NCBI GenBank assembly: GCA_023515725.1 | Contig: JALDTO010000266.1 | Location: 1,571,608-1,635,607, forward strand | Direction of reading: 5' to 3' | DNA: 64,000 bases | Origin: Amoeboaphelidium protococcarum X5 | Taxonomy: Eukaryota; Fungi; Aphelidiomycota | In this document: positions 52,930 to 64,000 of the stretch, piece by piece | Numbering within the stretch: the stretch's first letter is position 1 | Layout of the letters: every line of letters begins with the position of its first letter | Made by a program: the position numbers and the translations under genes | Notes under the pieces: generated by a model | The model's input: the letters and a program-made list of their open reading frames with translations, nothing else | Database searches by the model: none | Told to the model about the DNA's origin: nothing

Positions 52930-54086
52930 GATGATATAAGCGTGTTGTCTGAATACTGTATAGCAGTATATAATGCAAATATTAACAGAACTTGTCTATG
53001 AAAGGACAGTTCAGATCTGAAAAGAAGTACTACAGCAGAGCCGAGACATCTTTAGAACGTCAACCGGGTTAAACGAAAAACACACATTGTCCTATGATTT
53101 GGACGTTTCCTTACTCAATATCACCTTAATTCAAAGCATTTAATCGTCAGAGCTATGTCACTTTACCATTTTATAAAGTATGTCTCTTTATAAATTTGTG
53201 CCAAAGTTTCTAAAAAGTGAATTATAATTCTTCGAATAGAATTCGTCCTCTAGTCCAAACCCAGATGGTTATAACAATGTTTCACGCTTACATTTCTTAA
53301 TGCAAGTCGTGTATATACGAAATGCATTATCCAACTTGATATACTTGGCGGAATGTGCTTGCTTCATTTCACTTTCACTCAACAAACTTTGCTGTAAGAG
53401 GTTCATTCTCTCAGCAGATCAAGATCTTATATTTTAAGGAGAGAAATTACATGGGATCAAGCTGAGTTGAATTAAATTATCTAAACTACATTTTGACGTC
53501 GTAAGTATAGATCTAGAAGATCAATAACTGGCAACAGTCCACCGCCATGATTAATCTAAAAGCCACAATACATGGTGCTGTTAAGTTCGAACAGCTGGAT
53601 CTTGATCACTTGAGCCGTGAGAGAATTGAGGCGTGGGAAAATAAAAGTCGTATATCAAACAACAACTTTAAGTGTTATTAATTAGATCAGAACTTACTAA
53701 CTATTCTAATAGCAGAGCTTAACACATTCAAAGAGATGAGCTCACCAGCGTACGATATCCCCGCATGAAATTTCAAATCTCATTGAAATGCATCGATGCC
53801 GAGAATCTGGGGAAGCCCAGTAGCGATGATGCAAAACAAACAAAGAGTCACGTCAGAATCAGCGCCGATTCACGCATTGTTGTACTTTCTCTCGTAATCA
53901 TTTTTCTGATTTGTGTCAGTGTTTGGTCTCACGCTCTTATCAACTCCTTAGATTACGCACATTTTGAGTCACAACTGCATTGGCTCTTTCTCTTCTCTGT
54001 TGGAATCTATAACAACTGCCGAATTCGTTAGTCTGATCTATCTCTACTGCTACTGCTAAAACTACTACTTAATTCTCTTGATCACA

Positions 54087-54521
54087 ATGGACGCTGACTG
54101 GTGCATTTGCGGAAAGAAAACCAATAACAACTCTCTCTATTGCTCTGTGGATTGCTACTTTGTTGAACTTCGAAAATCTAATGTGCAGGACAACTTTTAC
54201 CTGAACATTTTCTCTGCGTCCTCTGAAGTTCTGGGTTCCAAAAAGGCTTTATACACCTCTTCGTATGATATGCTCTCTCCTCCGTCGCAGTCTAATGCCG
54301 CTGACACCGTGGGAAAGTTTTTCAAGCCTCCTCAGGCCGCCAGTCAGAAACACTCCTCCGCCGCTCCCTTGAAGTAGTTGGCGTGTTGTTGGCAACAGAA
54401 ATCGCCCTGTCAAGTTAGACAAATGAGTTCAATTCCTCCTCCTTTAATCACTGATGATCTGTCTCCTCCTGAATATGTGACTCGTCTGCGTATAGATATA
54501 CGTATGTAGTCTATTCGATGA
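54087..54521 (+). CDS. Ecl1/2/3-like small zinc-binding protein
   Basis: MDADWCICGK...LYCSVDC N-terminal Cys motif followed by a Ser/Pro-rich region. Confidence 0.65.
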
Positions 54522-54913
54522 TCTTGTGTTAATATTTATTAGGTGTACCGTGATGATTAGAATTTAAGGAATGTGAATCTGAAATGAATTGAAATTATAT
54601 TGTGTTATTATTGCTAATGCTAAACTTCAATCGAAACTTTTTCATACATGGAGACGTTAAGCTTAAAGCAATTTTCAAGCTCATGCTGCCTTCAAGCGGT
54701 TTAGATAAGTGTACTTCATATGCTGAAATTTTGTCATTTTAGTTTGAAAACAATGCTAGTATCAAACTGTGCAACTGTGCATGAAACTTGAGTCTGATTG
54801 AGCCTCTAAGAGGCGCGTTTAAGGTTGATCGCTAGACGTAAAAGGTGCGCTTTCTCCTTTAACGAAAAACTAGGATTCAACCATCTGCTTTATAATTAGT
54901 AGCACTGCATTAA

Positions 54914-55975
<1,062 letters not shown>

Positions 55976-56254
55976 ATGAAACATCGATATTTAAATATCA
56001 GTATCGTGACTGTCACTACGCGTCTTTCATTTCCTTTATTCTTGACACACTACCAAGCCATTTTCTAATGCCACATGATCGCTCTTGGCAGAATGTAACG
56101 TGCTAAGGGTCTCTATGATTGGAAGAGTAATTCTCTACTTTTGCGCTCTTTACTAGTTGCAGTATAGTCCGATCATCATCATCATCATATCAATTGTATT
56201 CTAAATTCATTATCATAACGATTACACTTAATATTCCAAAGAATTTAATAGGAT

Positions 56255-57304
56255 ATGGACAATGTTCAGTCAGACTTGAAGCCCACTATGCTGGATATGT
56301 TTCTTCGGAATCTACCATAATCTGAATTTGAGAATGCATTATTTGCTGCAGATCTCAGGTAAACAGCTATTGTCACCATGGACCGATCGCGATGTAATAA
56401 TAATAATAATTACAAGAGTAATCGGGAGGAAACGCGTGATATTAGTCAGTCAGGAAATAGTATGTTAGATGACAAAGAGAGAAGACGTCTCAAGACGCGG
56501 ATAGCATTAAAGAAGAGCGGATATGTGCTGGATAGGGAGGAGATTGTGCTGAAAAAGTTTTCATCAATGCCTCATCTAGCACCGCGGATCGAGGAACAAT
56601 CATCTCCACAATCTGCAAAATCTCAATCTATAAAGAATGGTAATAATATAAGTAGGGATGATAGTAGTGGTTGCGCTTCGTCTCCAATACTGTAATCCTC
56701 TAGAGACGAGTAGTCACCATCTATGACGGTATAGAGCGAAAAGTCCGTCTAGACGCGTCCTGTTTAAAATTCCATTCAAGAGTACTTCCTCCCTCTATTG
56801 CATGTGTTACAGGCTGACAATATTGATTAAGCTGTGATACGACCGAATCAGCATAAAAGAGTGGTGGGTAGTCAGGATATCGTGCTAATTGATGAGCCAT
56901 ACCAAGCGGAAGTCCTCACTGATATGTCACTGCTAGATGAGTTGTGTCGGTAAAGGCCTGTCAGCGTGGCCACCTCATTCACATCCACTCTAAGCTCAAC
57001 ACTATCGCCTGTTAATAATACCATAACTGAAGACTCTTCGGTACTAAAGTCAAAATCGTCCTCTCCTGTAGATTCATCGCCACCATAGACGCGATCAAAT
57101 ACTTTTGCTCAATATTCAGATTTATCATCATCTTCACCCGCCGCTTCCTCCTCTCCCTCATTGTCCTCAGATTCGCTCTAGTAGTAATAGCATTAAATAA
57201 TAAGCATAAGCCAAGATTTAATTGAAGATGTGCGAAATAAGGCTACCGCTCCTGGTAAAAGTGCATTTGATACCCTTTACGAATGTTTAGATCCTCACCT
57301 CTGA
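56255..57304 (+). CDS. Hypothetical Ser-rich, likely disordered protein (349 aa)
   Basis: Long open frame with TAR=Q; no family recognised. Confidence 0.55.
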
Positions 57305-57538
57305 CATTTATAACTAAGATTTAAAATTTAGTGAGATTATATGTGTGTTCATTAATAGAGATAGTTGTTCTAAATTAGTGTGTTTTTTGAATACTCACCT
57401 TGATGACGGACCGGTAGCCTATGTATGTATCTTTCTCTTACCATTCGTCTTATTTAGGAACGATTGATCTTCAGCGTCAAATCGCCGTTTGTGATATTTC
57501 TCTTTGAAGCGTTTTAAATAAATATATTTTAAACAATA

Positions 57539-60500
57539 ATGCCGTTTCGCGTCGTTGGTCTAATAAGGTAGGATATTTTGCTTTATAGTGTGGATACCAG
57601 TAGATGATAACTAATACTTTAACTGTGCACTTGATGTAGTGGTGGTAAAGACTCTGTATTCAATCTGATTCATTGTCAGTAGAATGGGCATGAACTGGTG
57701 TGTCTTGCCAATTTATATCCACACAAGTTGGATTGTGAAGAGATGGATAATTACATGTATCAGACGGTGGGGCATGATATCATTCCTATGATTGCGCAAT
57801 GCATGGATCTTCCATTGATAAGAGAGCCGCTCAATGATGCTCATAGTTCTTAGGGTGGTAGTGACGCGTCTGATCGTGATTAAAATGACTTGGGCGCGTT
57901 GTATCGCCTATTATACCGCGTCAAGTAGAAATATCCTCATGTGGACGCAGTATCAGTTGGCGCTATAGCATCAGACTATTAGAGAGTGCGCGTGGAGTCT
58001 GTGTGTTCACGTCTTGGTCTACGCTCACTGTCTTATATATGGAATCAGCCTTAGATTGGTATATTGCGGTAGATGTTGCGGTGTAATATGAAGATTCTTA
58101 TAGTAAAGACTGCTGCGTATGGTTTAGATGCAGATAAATATTTGGGTAAGATTATAGATGATAAAATGGTTCACGCTTTCAGCAAGATGAATTTAGAGTT
58201 TGGATTTCATGTCGCTGGTGAGGGCGGTGAATATGAGACGTTGGTGCTGGATTGTCCTCTGTACTCTCATGGTTCAATCGTATTACATGAAGAAGTTTCT
58301 TAGTAGATCAAAGTTGATGAATATACTAGTTATATCAAGTTATCCTTTAGCAATCTCTAAATTATCAAACGCGTTGATGGTTCAAAATCTCAGCTAGAGA
58401 TGGACTTGATACCTCCTAAAGACTGCATCACTAGTTAGATTATTGCTGAATAAGCTTAGTTCCTATAATTCGGATTAGATGAGAGTTCTCTAGCACAGGC
58501 ACTGCCCATGTATGCTCTCCGTGATGTTGTTGCTAGTAAGTAAAGTGAGGGTCAATTCGTTAGAGAATCATTTCAGTTAAAGGTCAAAGATCCCTCATAA
58601 TATGATAAAGAAGTATTCTAGTTCCTCTCTAATACTAAAATGCAATTCCAAGATGCTGAGTAGTAGTAGTAAATCGTGGTGGTCAATGTTAAGTTACGCA
58701 ATCTTCTATCAAACTTTTCTAGATTCAATGCTCAGTATAAGCGCTGCTTTGAACAATAATATGAAAAAGATTATGATTTTACGCCTGATATGGAGCCGCC
58801 TTGTAGAGCTTGCGTTGGATGTGATAATATGGACTGCGATGTCGAGCTTGAAGTCACAGCGTATAAAATGCCTGCAGGTGATAACTTGAAGTGTCTATCA
58901 AAGCTATGTAAGATGCATGTATAGAGTCTATCCTACTGGGCTCCGTGTAATATTGGTCCGTACTCTTAGCTTATTTCTATTCCATCATCAATTGAACATG
59001 GATAAGATGGATCATTGCGATTGCATTGTGGTAGAGTTTACATTTCCGGTCAGATTGGTTTAATTCCTGAGATTATGAGATTGGCTGATGGCATTTTGCA
59101 CTAAATGTATTGGTCGCTTTTAAATACATTTTAGGTGCTCAATGCAGGATTGTATAGAGGAACATCATTAAGACATTTTAATGGCTAAATGTTTGGGCCC
59201 ATTGTTTCGTAGTGGCTTTAGTAGAATCTTTTACTTTAATGCACATGCTACTATGACGAGGAGCAATGCAAAGGATGTAATCTGAAAGAGATTTGGCGGT
59301 TATGTCTGAATTAACTTTGTGACATAGAGCGTGATTTAGATATTCCATTTATTGCGGTGCCAGTACAAAGTCTGCCTATGAATGCTGCTGTAGAATTGGT
59401 TTGTGAGTTTGCGCCTGTGGATATTTTTGATCGCAGTCTACTAACTCACGCCGCAATGTCTCTATCTGAACAGGCTGATTCTTAGGATCTAGTGTCAAAG
59501 TTTGCCATAAGATACGCTCATGATGAGTATAAAGATTACTCTGCACAGTTGACAGTCCTAAACGGTATATTGTTGAGTGCTGTTGTTACTAATTACCGCT
59601 CGATTGATACTGATAGCCTTAAATGGAGAAAATTTATAGATCAGTTTAGACATGGCTCTTACAACTGCGATAGTTAGCTGACAACTTTTGATAAAAGCGG
59701 TAATGATTCCACTAAAACCTAAAAGTAGAGTGCTTATGGTTTGTCTGTGGTATTTAGATATCAGCCACATATCTAAATCTATCCTAGTGGCGATGAAGTT
59801 CGTGTTATTATACTTCGTCAGCAAGATGATCGTTATTTATCAGCTATTGAAAATCGGCTATAGGTTCTTGGCTATTCCAAATATCTAATCGACTTTCTTT
59901 AAGTGCTTGATATAAAAGTCTCCTCCGACTATACTTTACTGGGTATAGATCAGCTGAGTAATAACATCATCATAATAACTAGTTAGAACGTGGTTAATTA
60001 CATCAAAAATTATTTGCTGCACCACAAAGCAGAAGCTGAGACCGTGACTTTGAAGTTTGCTGTTGTTGGCCTTTAAACTGCATAAAAGCTACAAACGGAC
60101 TTGACTGGTTTGATTCGGCATCTGGAAATAGTATAGGTGTAGAATTGTGCGTCTGATCTTGCTGAATCTATCTTAAAGTCTAGAGAGCAATCATCTTCAT
60201 CCTTCCTCCATCTGTGTGGAGATACAAGACGCGATGATATATCAACTAGACTCGCACAGCATGGACTTTAATTCAATGAATGTGTAGTTTACCGCTCCGA
60301 GTGTCGTTTAGGTGAGAAATTGCGTTCGTAGTTGAACGTGGATGATTAATAGTCGACTTCGATCAAGACTTTTGTGTTTGGAATGAGTCCTTTAGGTGTT
60401 GGTGCATCTTTCGATTTAATATCTCGTCTTTCTGACCGTATTGTTTGGATTGCAATTGGATAAAGTACTGCAAATAAAATACAATAGTTGCAATAAGAAG

Positions 60501-60577
60501 AAGAGTCAGCGAAATTCTGGGCACTGCGCGTCGCCGAGGAACCATAACCAAGTAGTATGAGCAAGTGTATCTTTTGA
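57539..60577 (+). CDS. DPH6: Diphthine-ammonia ligase + RidA/YjgF domains + uroporphyrinogen-III synthase-like domain in one 988-aa ORF (intron 57568-57639)
   Basis: SGGKDS, SDYQRVRVE, GEGGEYET, HVQSLSYWAPCNIGPYSQ; then IITSQN, AVVGLQTA, LCGDTRRD, VVYRS, SPLGV, AIGQSTA, VAEEP; no in-frame TGA. Confidence 0.85.
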
Positions 60578-60618
60578 TGACATTAAAGTATAAATAAGTA
60601 TCTTTCAAATAATAACAT

Positions 60619-61473
60619 TCATCTTCTCTTATAAGTACATGGTTCTAGCAACTGCAACTTATTATCCTTGCAATTCCACCGCTCGTTCACCTTGATAAAG
60701 TCGAGAAATATGAACATCTTGATCTACTTGCGCGATTTCACTTTAAATCCATTATGCTCTAAAAATTGAATAAATTTCCCAGCTCCATCATCATTACCGC
60801 CACCACCAACTTTCAATCTACTCTCAACTTCTGCAATCATTAACATTCCATTAACCTTCAATATTCTGTGCGCTTCACGGAGAAACTGAACATGATCAGT
60901 GCCCATTAATGCTAGCGAGAAAATGACCAAATCTTATGACTGATCCTTCAAAGGAGTATGCGCGATATTACAAGCGGTCACTAATGGATTATCAGCGGGC
61001 TGTGCCATATCAAATGAGTTGATACTGAGCATTTTGCTCTTCCTCTGACTGGAAAACGCGTCATATAATTCAACGGCGAGACGACCTTCACCACATCCCA
61101 TATCAGTGATACTGGTTGATTAATTAGATTTCAATCTAGCCACTATTGTTTAACGCGTCTTCTTGATAATGACATCTAGCGGGTTGATGGGCCATCCCTG
61201 CACCTATTCCTTGAATCCACAATGATAATGCTGAAATAGCGAAGGATCCTTTGTAAATTTAGTGAACGCATCATTGCTAGGAGTGGTGTACAATTGCTCA
61301 TTCAGCATTCTAAAGCGCGCACCATTCAGCTTAGCGGCGACTTTATCAAGAGCAGACTATTTCTTCTTTTACTTTACTACACCAGTGTTGGCACTATTAT
61401 AGCTATTACTCGACGCTTTCCAATGACTTCTATCCTACTAGTTTGATTTAGTAAATCGCGATTTTGATGTCAT
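60619..61473 (-). CDS. RRP8: rRNA m1A methyltransferase Rrp8
   Basis: GARFRMLNEQLYT, WPINPLD, DMGCGEG, IAEVESR, PCTYKRR. Confidence 0.93.
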
Positions 61474-61612
61474 TTTCAATTTGCTGATATTTAGTTGATA
61501 ACAAAAGAGTGGAATATCAATAGAGTTTATCAAGTGATAATAATAAAGTTCATGGTACAAATAGACATGGTAAGATCAAAATAACATCACAACATATATG
61601 TAATACCGCTTA

Positions 61613-62685
61613 TCATACAGACATTGTGCTAGAGACTTGAATCTGAGTGACTTCATTGCCATCTTACATCATGGAATCAGCTTACATCTAATTCTGAGCA
61701 GAGTATTGCTGAGCATCTAAAGCCCTCTCACCGCTTTAATCATCACCCTCTTCCTCTTCTCCGTCATCTTCCTCATCGTCTTCCTCCTCATCATCATCAT
61801 CATCATCATCCTCGTCATCTTCACCCAAATCTTCTTCACCAAGATCTTCGTCCTGATCATCGCCTGCTTCATAATCATCACCCGTATCGTCGTCGTCGTT
61901 CATCATGTCCATATCGACATCTTGTACAGCCAAGTCAAGTTCTGCTGGCTCTTCATCGGGATTTCCCTCAACCACAGGCAGTTCTAATTATTCACCCTCT
62001 ACACGAGAATTTAAAACGACAATATAAATCATTAGATACAAACAGTGTAAGGCCGATACACAACGACAATTCCTACCTTTAGTCCATGCGATAGGGAAGC
62101 GGGTGACACGAGGCTTGTCACTCAAGATGGAGCGTGCGATGCGATCCCACTGCACTTCAGTAGGAGGATTCTCTTTCAGCTACTCGTCCATGTACTCATT
62201 ATTGACGTAGTAACCGACGCGCACAAATTCATGGTTCAAGTAGGAGCAGGTTAGCAGAACTACAGTGACTCCTATTGCATCTGTAGAAGGAATCTTTTCA
62301 ATCTAAGGAGCTGGTGCCTACAAATAATAGTATGTGGTATATATTGACAAGATCATAATAGCATTCACTGTACATAGAATGAACCATACCTAAAAGACAA
62401 ACTTGTTCACACCGACCGGCACTGGACCAACCATAATGTTATCTAGTACTTGATCATGTTCCTCACTCTCGGCACTCCCAACATAGATGATTCTCCACTC
62501 TAAATCTACACAATCATAAAATTAAGACGAGTCTCAAGGTATATCGCATATATTATAATAGTAAACAAGTAAATACCTTCCTCAAGAGCAGCAATACACT
62601 CAAAAGTGATCTCAAATTGAAATGGATTTCTGAACGGAGCCGGATTGTCCAACACCTGGACATCTAGAATATTGACCAGCGACAT
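61613..62685 (-). CDS. ASF1: Histone chaperone Asf1 with acidic tail, 3 introns
   Basis: [52 protein letters not shown]. Confidence 0.95.
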
Positions 62686-63001
62686 ATTTTAGTCTATGAA
62701 TTGATTATAAAGACAGACAGTTGATAGTGTATACAACAACAACAGCTATATTAAATGAATGAATGACTGCTATAGAAAGAACACGTAAGAATCTTTGCAG
62801 AGTAAAACGGCTGGCGAGAGAAGGAGAAATAGAGAAGAGATTTTCTCTCCCAAAACGCGCGTTGAAACTGTTTCAGGTATTGAGGATTTCTTATTCTGGG
62901 CATGGCTAACTTTATGCGTATCTATTTGCACGCCACGTTGAAACATCCAGTTTTGTTCGAAACGCGTCTCTCTATTGCTTGATATCTCCAAGTGACGTGA
63001 T

Positions 63002-63026
63002 GAGAGAGAGAGAGAGAGAGAGAGAG
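63002..63026. repeat. (GA)n microsatellite upstream of ASF1
   Basis: Pure GA run seen directly. Confidence 0.9.
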
Positions 63027-63153
63027 TGATGAACAACTTTAGAAGGAAAATGCAAAATTTGTCTCATTCAGAAACACTCGCATTCATACGTTCATTCTAT
63101 GTCATTCATTCATTCACTACTGTATAAGTATTTCAGTGTCACAAATGACCAAT

Positions 63154-64000
63154 TCATTTCTTCTGGTTAGCAATGGAAAAGAATTTCTGTTACACTATTC
63201 CAGCAAGGCCTGCACCTGTGAAATCACCTAACCAGTACAGCCATAGATAGTTTCCATTCCAAGAGCACAAGGCCGGGCCGAATGCTCTCGCAGGATTAAA
63301 CGCGCCTCCAGAGACACTACCGCCAAGAAAGCACAAGAATCCCAATGTCAGTCCAATTGACAATGGAGCAAATCCGGCCTTACTTGAGCCTGTTGTGGTG
63401 TAAATCGTCATTTTGGCATTCTTCTTTGCCGCCTGCGGATCTTTGATTTCATTGCCTATCGCATCGATCAGTTTCACATCAGTGTGATCACTATTGACTG
63501 TATCAAATGCAGTGGCGAATATCACATACACCAGAATGAATGAAAGAATAATCTCCATCACCAAAGCCCTGGCTAGATTAGTGTCAGCGGCAGGAGAGAC
63601 AACAAGAGAACTCACCACGCTAGTCACTGTTCCATCGGTAGCCACAGAAGGAGGAAAGACAATCGTCAGTAGGAGCATGGCAATCAATGAAGCAAATAGC
63701 TGCATCCCAATATAGACTAAACCTTTCGCTAAAGTCGTCTTACCAGTGACAATGGTTGCAAAAGTGACGGCCGGATTAAAATTAGCACCTGAAACATCTG
63801 CAAAAGAATAGATTAGAGCAATGGCACAGAATGCCGTTGCAAGTCCACCCACAACAGTTCCTTCTTGATCTGCATGTCCAGCTCTAGTTACATTGATACC
63901 CACAGCGCAGACTACAAATATAAAGATCAGAGTCACCAAAAACTCTGCTGCTGCAGCTCTTATCATCTACACGAGTAAAAATGAGATTTCATATGGTATC
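63154..64000 (-). CDS. Aquaporin (MIP family), 5' end probably outside window
   Basis: SGANFNPAVT and SGGAFNPARAFGP, six TM segments. Confidence 0.93.

Noticed and set aside
53547-53768. ~73-aa plus-strand ORF
   Set aside because: Short, no motif; open frames of this length are expected with a single stop codon.

Overview
Compact, gene-dense eukaryotic genomic DNA with fungal/opisthokont-type genes and short (~55-80 nt) GT-AG introns. It uses a non-standard nuclear code: TAA/TAG = Gln and TGA is the only stop. The supplied standard-code ORF track is therefore fragmented, and I re-translated by hand with table 6. Fungal-like genes plus TAR=Gln suggest an aphelid such as Amoeboaphelidium protococcarum (inference). 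About 30 host genes are present, including BET1, eIF2A, WDR20/CreC-like, CLA4, NOP2, beta-COP, TMEM18, Hippo/MST, a sucrose transporter, MED6, MTRR-like, an Eps1-like PDI, QTRT2, DBP4, VPS11, HMG-box, ClpX, RPC11, PQ-loop, UTP23, MDH, ECL1-like, ADK, DPH6, RRP8, ASF1 and an aquaporin. They flank a ~10 kb accessory island (27.3-37.9 kb) holding five elements: a Fanzor-like N-terminal remnant, a decayed papain-like peptidase, an intact Crinkler-type REase+kinase gene, an AT-rich virus-like fragment (intact HNH-AP2 endonuclease and D5-like helicase tail, written in the host's reassigned code), and an intact ~1170-aa DDE-type transposase whose ends look Helitron-like (A|TC ... hairpin-CTAG|T). Outside the island the most unusual item is an uninterrupted DPH6-RidA-uroporphyrinogen III synthase fusion ORF. 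All family calls are from motif recognition by eye; no searches were run.
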